Shown here one piece after another: positions 8,925-17,593 of a stretch of DNA of 64,000 nt. Within the stretch, counting starts at the first letter, position 1. Every line of letters starts with the position of its first letter. Both the position numbers and the translations under genes were made by a program. Origin of the DNA: Gammaproteobacteria bacterium (lineage in GTDB: Bacteria; Pseudomonadota; Gammaproteobacteria; Eutrophobiales; Eutrophobiaceae); the NCBI GenBank assembly GCA_965202915.1, contig OZ241847.1, forward strand, positions 2,194,242 through 2,258,241, read 5' to 3'. Below the pieces are notes generated by a model. The model made no database searches. It was given only the letters and a program-made list of their open reading frames with translations, and had not been told where the DNA came from.

Positions 8925-9560
8925 TTAAAAATCATTCCCGGAACCAAATGGCCACCCACTTGCGGAATAGGCCCGGATGTCATCATCGCCGGCATATTTG
9001 AACCAAAAAACCGCCGCCGGCACAACCGAACATTTGCCAAGCCGGCAGTTTTCCACCACCACCTTGAGCATGGCGTATTCGCCGTTGACTTGGCAGGCGA
9101 AAGCCAGCATATCGAATGCTACTTGATACGCCAAATGATGTCGAGTTTAATATATCCAGTTTGACCATTACGCATGTCGGTGATGTCGAGATCTTCACGC
9201 AGTGCTTTATCGCCATTGGTTAGGACCATTTTGTAACTGTATTTGTCGCCGCCCGCTAGAATCGCCGGACATACGGACTCCCCGAACCAAGAATGATAAC
9301 ATTAGCTCCCTCTACAATCCAGGTATTTCCCAACGCCTGTCCTTCCAGAACACCTATCGACCAAACCATCGGTTACTGACAGAACAACATCTACGGACGT
9401 GGCGACAGCGGTAATTGGGTTATCATGGAATCATCCGATTCACACCATCTCCAGAATATACGGGCGGCAGCATCGGACACTTCCTTGGGTATGTGTGCTA
9501 CCCGCACCTCCAATTAACACGGCCGAGTTGAGAATGTGAACCAAGTATTTCGTTGGTAAT
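8925..9560 (-). pseudogene. Degraded gene remnant of unknown family with multiple frameshifts, adjacent to the island
   Basis: Protein-like segments sit in three different minus-strand frames: ...VWSIGVLEGQALGNTWIVEGANVIILGSGSPYV..., ...KMVLTNGDKALREDLDITDMRNGQTGYIKLDIIW and AYQVAFDMLAFACQVNGEYAMLKVVVENCRLGKCSVVPAAVFWFKYAGDDD... They are separated by +1/-1 shifts and in-frame stops. Confidence 0.3.
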
Positions 9561-9671
9561 TACCCCACATCCTTCGACTTATCAGGTAATGAGACAAGAC
9601 TCGGCAAGGTTACGGGACTTCCCCGGTCACCGTCTGTGCACAATCTTATAATGCTTTTCTGCGAAAATTAT

Positions 9672-9710
9672 GAGGATTGTGTAAAATCCTCTCTTGTATA
9701 GGATTAGGAT
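9672..9710. promoter_or_regulatory. Perfect 7-bp inverted repeat GAGGATT-N6-AATCCTC followed by tandem AGGATTAGGAT, in the promoter region of TMTC-like paralog B; possible operator
   Basis: Read directly at 9672-9691 and 9700-9710; about 80 bp upstream of the 9789 start. Confidence 0.3.
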
Positions 9711-9788
9711 ACCCTCTTGCCACACTTCAGACTGAAATCTGCCTTCTCCTCAAGAAAGGAGTGGCGCAAGGTGAACAGATAATCGGAT

Positions 9789-11648
9789 ATGGCGGCCCGA
9801 AAAAACCGAAACAAGGCCCGGCGCAGGCAAATGAAGCTGCAAACCACCGCCAGGCGCCCCGGCACGGTGCGTAGCCGGACCGGCCCCGTACCCATCAAAT
9901 CGTCGCCGGGCGGGTTGCAATCGCTTTTTTCCGGGCTCAAGCGGAGCGTACTTCACGGGGACCCGATCCCACCCGCACTCGCGGCCACGGCGCTGTGGCT
10001 GCTGATACTCATCAGTTACCTGCCCGCGACCTGGGCCGGTTTCGTGTGGGACGACTTCGCGTTCACGGAGGCCGAACAGGTACTGCGCCCATCCGGTCTT
10101 TGGGATATCTGGTTCAAGCCGCACTCGCTGCAGAATGAAGGCCATTACTGGCCGCTCCTCTATACGACCTTCTGGCTGGAGCACAAGTTGTGGGGGCTGG
10201 ACCCGACCGGTTATCATATCGTCAACCTGCTGCTGCACGGGTTGACCACGCTGTTGTTGTGGCGCCTGCTGCTGCGGCTGGCCGTGCCGGGCGCCTGGTT
10301 CGCGGCGGCGGTGTTCGCCGTGCACCCCCTGCACGTGGAGTCGGTGGCATGGGTTATCGGACGCAAGGACGTGCTGGCGGGGCTGTTCTCCGTGGCCTGC
10401 GTGCTGAGCTATCTGCGTTTCGTGGAAGCTGGTCGCCGCGCACGCTATACGCACTACTTTCGGGCACTGGCGCTGTTCGTGGCGGGACTGTTGAGCAAAT
10501 CCATTGTCGTCACCCTGCCGGTGTCGCTGTTGATCTGGCACTGGTGGAAGCAGGGTCGCGTAGCCGTGACCGACGCACTGAGGACGCTGCCGTTCCTGCT
10601 GCTGGGGCTCGGCATCACGATCATCGACTGGTGGTACTACAAGGACCGGGAAGAGATTGTCCTGGAGGACTACTCGTTGATCGAGCAGACGCTGAACGCG
10701 GCGCACGCGCTGTGGTTCTACGTTGGCAAACTGGTCTGGCCGGCGGAACTGGCAGTCATCTACCCGCGCTGGGAAATCAACGTCAGCGAGCCACTGGCCT
10801 GGGCGTATCTGGTCACCGCCGTCGCGGTGGTGTGGCTGCTGTGGTTCTACCGCGACCGCATTGGCCGGGGGCCGCTGGCGGGGGTGCTGTTCTTCGTGGT
10901 GACGCTATCACCGACCCTGGGGTTCGTCGAGTACGGTTTCATGCAGTTCTCGCTGGTCGCCGACCGCTATCAGTACCTGGCCGGGATCGGAGTGACGGCG
11001 GGCCTCGTGGCCGCCGCGGCCCGCGTTGCAGGCCGGCTGTCGGGTACGCCGGCGAGGGGCGTACAGGCCGCGGCGGTGCTGCTGCTGGTCGTGCTGGGAA
11101 CCATCAGTTGGAACCAGGCGGGCATCTACCGCGACAACTTCACGTTCTACCAGCATATCATCGCTCTCAACCCGCAGGCCAGGAACGCCTGGTACAACCT
11201 TGGCAGAGAGTATTCCATGCAGGGCCGCACGCAGGATGCGCTGGCCGCGTATCTCACCGCCGGCGAGCAGCGCCCCGACCACGTCTGGGCGCATATCGGC
11301 GCCGGGCAGATGGCCGCGGAACTGGGAAGGCTCGCCGAGGCGGAGATGTACCTGCAACGCGCGCTTGCGGTTGACCCGAGTTTCCCGGAAGCCCTCAACA
11401 ATATGGGAGCGCTGCGGCTCAGACAAAAACGCTACAGCGAGGCGCTCGAACTCTTTGAGACCCTGATTGAGATGCAGCCCGAGTACGCCAAGGTTTATTC
11501 TGGCATAGGCGTGGCCCTGGCCGGACTCAGGCGGTTTGAAGAGGCGTTGCGGAGTTTTGACCGCGCGCTTGAACTGGACCCGTCACTGGAAGAGGCGCGG
11601 GTCAACCGCGAGCACGTATTGCGGAACTCCAAAAGCGAGAGCAGGTAA
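9789..11648 (+). CDS. GT-C fold glycosyltransferase, PMT_2/TMTC-like membrane domain fused to TPR repeats (paralog B)
   Basis: 619 aa with ISYLPATWAGFVWDD, GHYWPLLYTTFWLE and HPLHVESVAWVIGRKDVLAG. The C-terminal TPR-like repeats include NAWYNLGREYSMQGRTQDALAAY and EALNNMGALRLRQKRYSEALELFE. Very high GC. Its stop overlaps the start of the next gene (TAATG). Confidence 0.7.
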   Translation: MAARKNRNKARRRQMKLQTTARRPGTVRSRTGPVPIKSSPGGLQSLFSGLKRSVLHGDPIPPALAATALWLLILISYLPATWAGFVWDDFAFTEAEQVLRPSGLWDIWFKPHSLQNEGHYWPLLYTTFWLEHKLWGLDPTGYHIVNLLLHGLTTLLLWRLLLRLAVPGAWFAAAVFAVHPLHVESVAWVIGRKDVLAGLFSVACVLSYLRFVEAGRRARYTHYFRALALFVAGLLSKSIVVTLPVSLLIWHWWKQGRVAVTDALRTLPFLLLGLGITIIDWWYYKDREEIVLEDYSLIEQTLNAAHALWFYVGKLVWPAELAVIYPRWEINVSEPLAWAYLVTAVAVVWLLWFYRDRIGRGPLAGVLFFVVTLSPTLGFVEYGFMQFSLVADRYQYLAGIGVTAGLVAAAARVAGRLSGTPARGVQAAAVLLLVVLGTISWNQAGIYRDNFTFYQHIIALNPQARNAWYNLGREYSMQGRTQDALAAYLTAGEQRPDHVWAHIGAGQMAAELGRLAEAEMYLQRALAVDPSFPEALNNMGALRLRQKRYSEALELFETLIEMQPEYAKVYSGIGVALAGLRRFEEALRSFDRALELDPSLEEARVNREHVLRNSKSESR

Positions 11649-13414
11649 TGGCGAAACGGAAAAACCCCCGCCCCGCCACTCGCCGGCGCCGACAACCTGG
11701 GGCAGCGGCGCCGACAACGGCAACGATGCCCTGGCGGTGGCGCGCGGGCGACGCCTTATTTGCCGCCGACCGCCCGCGGCTCGCCGGCGACGGCGAACAC
11801 TGGACGTATTTCTGGCCGCTGCTGGGCGCGGCCCTGCTGCTGCGCGCTGCCATCGCCCTGTGGGGTGACTTTGTGCTGCATCCGGACGAGATCATGCAAT
11901 ACCTGGAGCCGGCCCACTATGTGGCCTTCGGCAATGGCGTCCTCTACTGGGAATATCTCCACGGCGCACGCAGCTGGCTGATCCCGGGCGCGATCGCCGG
12001 CGTGCTGAAGGCGCTGGATGGCTTGGGGCTGGCGCAGCCGGCCATCTATATCGCCGTGGTGAAACTGTTGTTCTGCCTGCTGTCGCTGTCGGTGCCGTGG
12101 GCCATGTACCGCTTCACGCAAATCACGGTCAACGAGCGATCTGCTCGGCTGGCGCTGATCTTCGGCTGCTTCTGGTACGAACTGGCGGCGCTGGCGCACA
12201 AACCCTTCACCGAATTGTTCAGCACTTCCATTTTCATGGTCGTGCTCGCTCTGTCCGTGGGCAGGGAAGCGGAAAGACCCGCCAGGCTGTTTGCCATCGG
12301 CCTGCTGGCGGCACTCAGCGGTGCGGTGCGCCTGCAGTACGCACCCGTGGCGTTGCTGCTGTTGTTGCTGCGCTCGGTATCCCTGCGCAACGGCGTTGCC
12401 GGGCTGGTGTCGTTATGGGCGGGCGCCGGGCTGCTGACGCTGCTAGTGGGTATCTTCGAATGGCAGACCTGGGGGGCGCCGTTTCATTCCTACCTGAGCA
12501 ACTTCTTTATCAATCTCGCCATTGACCCCGCACGCGCCGGTGAATCAAGCCGATGGCTTCTGTTGGGGCAGTTGGCCGCGGCCAGCGGCGGCATGGCACT
12601 GATCGCCTTTGCCGCTGCGCTGCCCAGGGGGCGGCGGCATCTGCTCATCCTGGTGACGAGCGCGGTGATACTCGTCCTGCACCTGCTCCCGGAGCATCGC
12701 GAATACCGCTTCATCCACGTCCTGATCCCGTGCTGGTTGATGCTGCTGGCGGCCTGGATCGCGCGCTGGGGCGACGGATTGTCCGGCGAACGAGGCCGGA
12801 TATCCGCACTGGCGCGGCGCTGGGGCGCGGCGGCGGTGCTGGCCTTCGGCATCCCAGCCCTACTCAATGCGTTTCCCTGGCAGAGCCGGGTGTACCAGAG
12901 TTTCTCCGTGGAAAAACCGGTGTACTACTTGCGCAATCAGGACCCGATATTTGAGATCATGTCTTTCCTGGCCGCCCAGGACGACGTGCACGGAGCTCTC
13001 TACCATACCCGGGAATACAACGCATACTTCAGCACTGGCGGCTATTACTACCTGCACCACGACGTCCCTTTCTATACCGCGCAAGACACCTGGCAAACCA
13101 TCAGGGAACGGCACCCGGCGGTGCCTCAGGAATCGTTGGTTTCCCATATCGTGACCGAGGCCGACGGCCCCGCCATCCAGGGGTTCGAACGACTGCTCCG
13201 GCGTGGAAACCTGGCGCTGTGGCGGCGCCGGGACAACGACAGTGCAGTCCCCCGCTGGCGCGAGCACGTGATCAAGGTAAGCCATGCGGACCTAAACGAC
13301 CTGGTGAGCAGAACCATGCGGCGCCTGAACGCCTCTTCCATGCTCGACCTTTTCGTAGCCGATGACTTGTACTGGGTGGAGGCGCCACCGTTGTTTGAGT
13401 CGGCGGATGAATAA
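11648..13414 (+). CDS. GT22-family (PigB/Alg9/Alg12-like) GT-C mannosyltransferase
   Basis: Loop-1 signature HPDEIMQYLEPAHYVAFGNGVLYWEYLHGARSW matches the GT22 consensus (PDEhWQslE...G.LTWEW..RLRSY). Multi-TM. Translationally coupled to paralog B. Arg-rich N-terminal tail. Confidence 0.6.
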   Translation: MAKRKNPRPATRRRRQPGAAAPTTATMPWRWRAGDALFAADRPRLAGDGEHWTYFWPLLGAALLLRAAIALWGDFVLHPDEIMQYLEPAHYVAFGNGVLYWEYLHGARSWLIPGAIAGVLKALDGLGLAQPAIYIAVVKLLFCLLSLSVPWAMYRFTQITVNERSARLALIFGCFWYELAALAHKPFTELFSTSIFMVVLALSVGREAERPARLFAIGLLAALSGAVRLQYAPVALLLLLLRSVSLRNGVAGLVSLWAGAGLLTLLVGIFEWQTWGAPFHSYLSNFFINLAIDPARAGESSRWLLLGQLAAASGGMALIAFAAALPRGRRHLLILVTSAVILVLHLLPEHREYRFIHVLIPCWLMLLAAWIARWGDGLSGERGRISALARRWGAAAVLAFGIPALLNAFPWQSRVYQSFSVEKPVYYLRNQDPIFEIMSFLAAQDDVHGALYHTREYNAYFSTGGYYYLHHDVPFYTAQDTWQTIRERHPAVPQESLVSHIVTEADGPAIQGFERLLRRGNLALWRRRDNDSAVPRWREHVIKVSHADLNDLVSRTMRRLNASSMLDLFVADDLYWVEAPPLFESADE

Positions 13415-13654
13415 AAGTTTGTGGTCACGATCTTACACGGGCAGCCCGATGCCGATACCGTTCGCAGGTGTGGCCCACCGGGCCAGGTGGTCGGCGATGC
13501 TTTCCGACCCCATGGAGCCCCGCGCGGCCCCGGAATAGTCTTCGCAACCGCTCATTGGTTTGCCGGCGACAATATGGCACACTCTCCGGCAGTTTGATTG
13601 TAATGTTGATCCTGTCTTTTGATTTGCTTTTTCATTGCTTTAGGAGGCCCGCCC

Positions 13655-14404
13655 ATGTCCAAAAACCTAAGCGACTTTTCAACCCTGAGCCTGGACTGCT
13701 ATGGCACACTCATTGACTGGGAGACTGGCATTTGGGACGCGCTACAGCCCCTGATCCGGCGATCCGGACGAGACGACGTCGTGCGCCGCCAAGGACTCGA
13801 GGCGTTCGCCCGATTTGAAAATGCCCGCGAAATGGAGACACCGGAGCTGCCCTACCCGGAGATTTTGCAACGAACCCACGCCGACGTGGCGGCCTACCTG
13901 GGAATGACCACCTCGGTGGAACTGGACCGCGAGTTTGCCTGCTCCATCGCCCACTGGCCGGCCTTTGCCGACACCGCCGACGCGCTGCGCCGCCTGCGGA
14001 AGCACTATAAACTGGTGATCCTGTCCAACGTCGACCGGGCCGGATTCGCCGCCTCGGCGACCAAGCTCGGCGTCGCCTTTGACGCCGCCTACACAGCGGA
14101 AGATATCCGCTCCTATAAACCCGCCGCCGCCAACTTCCACTACCTGATCGAACATCTCCAGGCCGATCTCGGCGTTAAGCGCGAAGCCATCCTGCACACC
14201 GCCCAGAGCCTGTTCCACGACCACGCACCGGCCAACGCCTTCGACCTCGCCAACGTCTGGATCGACCGCCAGGGGCTGTCGCATAGCGACAACTGGGGCG
14301 CCACCGCCAGGCTCGACAAGCGCCCCGACGTGGACTTCCTGTTCCCGACCCTGGCGGCGATGGCGGACGCAGTGGAAGGGGAGGTCGAGCCGCCCCAGGG
14401 TTGA
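13655..14404 (+). CDS. HAD-superfamily hydrolase, haloacid dehalogenase type II-like
   Basis: N-terminal LSLDCYGTLIDWE (DxYGTL nucleophile motif), ILSNVDRAG and a C-terminal WIDRQG block. AGGAGG lies 8 nt upstream of the ATG at 13655. Confidence 0.75.
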   Translation: MSKNLSDFSTLSLDCYGTLIDWETGIWDALQPLIRRSGRDDVVRRQGLEAFARFENAREMETPELPYPEILQRTHADVAAYLGMTTSVELDREFACSIAHWPAFADTADALRRLRKHYKLVILSNVDRAGFAASATKLGVAFDAAYTAEDIRSYKPAAANFHYLIEHLQADLGVKREAILHTAQSLFHDHAPANAFDLANVWIDRQGLSHSDNWGATARLDKRPDVDFLFPTLAAMADAVEGEVEPPQG

Positions 14405-14712
14405 AAGCGGTCATGCACTGTACCAGTTAAGGATATAAATCCAGTGGTGGGTCTGGTACCTGGCGTCGTTCCTGATTCCGCACTGATGGCGGGGCGGGGA
14501 GCAAGTGCACAGCAGGGGCCAGGACTGAACACTTCGGCAGTGGGTGCTGCCTGGCGTCTTGCTGGTTGTACAAACGCGCCGGTGCCACGTTGCTGGCGGT
14601 GCTGCTTCCCACCAATTGCGCCGCCGGGACATTTTTAATGAACTATGTCCACAAAAAATTCACTTGTCCGAGCGAAAGCTTTGTAGTGCCCGCCCTGGTG
14701 CGCGAGATTCAC

Positions 14713-15643
14713 TTACCCGTTCGCCATTGTGGAGACGGTCGTGTATCTGCGCGCGAGTGCCGCACGAGAGACACGGTGTTCGTCGACCAGTGGCGGGATT
14801 CCCCGATGTTGCCGTATTACTTGAGCGGTCAACTCATTTTCTGCTGCGGCCTGGGACACTACACCAGACTGCCCGGTGACCTTGTATAGGGTGATATCCT
14901 CGCGCACTTGCTCCAACAGATAGAATTCCATCCGGGCATGGTTGAAAGCGAAGCGATCTCCTGACCGGTTGTTGAACACCAGCTTGGAGAGCGCAATGTT
15001 GACGACTACCAGCGCGGCCAAAATTGTCAGTATCCAGTGATTAGACAGCCCTAGCCTGCAAACCACGGCAAACCCCTTGAGATGGGTCGGATTTCGACCC
15101 TGTGCGTAAACCAGCGTCAGCAGCAGAATCAAAAGAAAAAGCAGCACGTGTAAGGAATACACCTTCTGGATAATGGACTGCGACCAGAATAGCTTGGAAA
15201 ACCCGTAGGCGAAGCCGGCCATGTAGCCGCCGAGGCGGCCGCCCGTCAGGTGGACCGCCACCAGATATAGCACCGCGCAGGCCGCCGCGCCCAAAAGGGC
15301 GCTCAATATGTTGCCGGCCAGCGGGCGCGAAAGCAACGGCAGGTGGGCGAACGGGAAGCACAACATGCTGTACAGCGGGTAACCCGGCGGGTGCACTGGT
15401 TGGCCGTAGTGGCAAATCAGGTTGAAGATCGCTGCGTCTTCGTAGGTGACGACACGGGGCATCGTGGCCAGATATACGATAAAAAGCCCGGTAAACACGG
15501 CCAGAGGGGGGGCAGCCCTGTCCTTCGATGTTATCGCGTAATGAAAACAAGCTAACCGTAGCGGCGTTGCGCACCCTGTCTTGGGACTGGGGGCGCACCT
15601 TACCCGAACGGGTACGGTTTTTTCTTTTACTCTTTCTGCGCAT
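14713..15643 (-). pseudogene. Frameshifted and truncated DUF2723/TMEM260-like GT-C glycosyltransferase gene
   Basis: PRVVTYEDAAIFNLICHYGQPVHPPGYPLYSMLCF matches the DUF2723 N-terminal signature (GDsgEF...HPPGYPLY). The Arg/Lys-rich start MRRKSKRKNRTRSGKVRP is in a different frame (ORF 15041..15676). Total length is about 300 aa versus more than 600 aa expected, and the C-terminal part is low complexity. Confidence 0.5.
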
Positions 15644-15975
15644 GGTGCCTACCCAACTACAGTCCCTTTTTGGCAAATACTATCACGTCTGATGCTGTAC
15701 CCGCTCGAATCGGCTCGCCTGAACGGGAGGGCGGAATGATTGTAATGTCGACTATGATGTCGCGTGTTTCATCCGGGCGGTTTTGTTGAATCTCGTCTTT
15801 TATGATTTGTATGTCCAGCCGGATCAACGGTTTATTCAGGTCAAAGATTTTCGCCAATTGGTAGCAAACGTCGCCGTCAAAGAATAAATCTTTGCGGTCT
15901 GTCTCAACCTCATATTGGGGGTTATAATGGTCTTGAGTTCGTTTTGCTTGGCACAATCGTAATATTTACTCAGTA

Positions 15976-16266
15976 GTGGACCAATCCACCGCTGTTTTTT
16001 CTTTGATAATACTCTGCACTTTTTTGATTGGATATAGCGAGTTCAAGGATGTGTTTGACTCACTGCTAAAAGACAACCCTATCTTCCACATGTCCCGACA
16101 AGCGGCCCTATTCAACCAAAAACTGGCTGACACGTCCCCGCATCGGGGTTGGCTACCCAAATACAACGCCATCCGACCTCATAAAGGAGTTGGACTCAAA
16201 ACACCCGTATGGATTACTATCGATAACAACAAAATTTATACAATATGTGGTGGACCCCATACATAG
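15976..16266 (+). mobile_element. IS transposase C-terminal fragment (DDE integrase core end, IS3/IS481-like); remnant
   Basis: FNQKLADTSPHRGWLPKYNAIRPHKGVGLKTPVW matches the conserved W..YN..RPH..LG..TP tail of IS3/IS481 transposases. There is no intact upstream catalytic region. Confidence 0.5.
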
Positions 16267-16329
16267 AGTAGTAGAAATATCGCTATGTGGGAGTATATAT
16301 GCAGATAAGGCATAGGGAGTTTCCTAATA

Positions 16330-17304
16330 ATGAAATTAGATGAATTAAATAAATACAGAAGGCTAATACTCATTATTAGTGTTATTGCCTTTTCTCTTTT
16401 GTTAATTGGTGTGTCTGAGGTCTTTCTAGCCAGATATATGGGCCTGGGTGAGCCTGTACTTTATGACTCATCTCCAATATACGGGTATAGGCCATTGCCT
16501 GGAAAAACATACTCTAGATTTTATGGAAAGGAGGTAAAGTTTAATAATCTGGGGCTAAGGTCTGAATCTGATTGGAACGAAGATATTGAAGATAAAATAC
16601 TTTTTCTTGGTGATTCCGTAACTTATGGAGGTTCTTATATTAGCAATACGGAATTGTTTTCTTATCTATCTGTAAAAAATCTGGGAAACAATTACGTTAG
16701 CGGGAATGCCGGGGTAAATGCATGGGGGGTTGAAAATATATATGGTCTTATTGTCGAGTCAGGGTTCATGCCCGCGGGAATTTACGTCACAGTTATTCCA
16801 GAATCTGATTTTTACAGAGGCTTGACTAGAATACACGGGCTCCCTTTCTATAATGAGGATCCAAAATATGCTTTTCAGGAGCTATTTGATTATTTTATTA
16901 TTAATAAAAATAATAATAAGCGATACAAAGGTTGGCAACACTATGCTGATAAAAACACAAAGGCTTTCGTTATAGAAAAAGCAGTGAAAAAACTAAAGAT
17001 GATCGATGTATTGTTAAAGGAAAAGGGGTATAAGCACTTAATCTTTATTTCTCCCAAAAAAAGGCAAGTGATAAAACATTTGGAGAAAGATCTTCTGAAA
17101 AAAGATCCATTGGTTAAAAAATTTCTAACGAAACATGGGCTGTTTCCTTTCTATATAAAAGATGAAATAAATAAGCTTGATTTATTGAGGGAGGAAATAG
17201 AGGGTATCTATCATGGCGACCATGACAACATACATCTTTCAGAAAAGGGCCATAGGCTCTGGGCAAGGATTATAACAAATAAGTTACAAGAGTTACTGCT
17301 TTAG
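16330..17304 (+). CDS. Membrane-anchored SGNH/GDSL-family hydrolase (esterase/acyl-transferase-like)
   Basis: N-terminal TM helix (LILIISVIAFSLLLIGV) and GDSL block I ILFLGDSVTYGG. Very low GC with AT-rich codons, distinct from its neighbours. Confidence 0.55.
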   Translation: MKLDELNKYRRLILIISVIAFSLLLIGVSEVFLARYMGLGEPVLYDSSPIYGYRPLPGKTYSRFYGKEVKFNNLGLRSESDWNEDIEDKILFLGDSVTYGGSYISNTELFSYLSVKNLGNNYVSGNAGVNAWGVENIYGLIVESGFMPAGIYVTVIPESDFYRGLTRIHGLPFYNEDPKYAFQELFDYFIINKNNNKRYKGWQHYADKNTKAFVIEKAVKKLKMIDVLLKEKGYKHLIFISPKKRQVIKHLEKDLLKKDPLVKKFLTKHGLFPFYIKDEINKLDLLREEIEGIYHGDHDNIHLSEKGHRLWARIITNKLQELLL

Positions 17305-17593
17305 TTGGCGTTAAGCCCTGGGTTGGCAGCTAACGATTGCGGGTTTTATTCTGTCGCCATGGGGTCGCTTTGTTGGACAATATATTGCATTAATCTCAAC
17401 AAGTTAATCGCAACCAAAGAATCATTTGGCAACGTATTATCATAATAATTATCTTTCCATTCATAGGGTTATTGTACCGATTTACTTGGCCTGGCTGTAT
17501 AAGCTCAGAAACATATTGCGGGCAATATCCTCGGCGTATATCATGTCATCGTGTGTGACGTTCCGCTATCGCAAGACAACCAGGATAAACAAT

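Noticed and set aside
15657-15956. ORF 15657..15956 (-, 99 aa) and ORF 15966..16172 (-, 68 aa)
   Set aside because: Small ORFs in a decayed IS/low-GC patch with no recognisable motifs. They cannot be distinguished from non-coding remnants.
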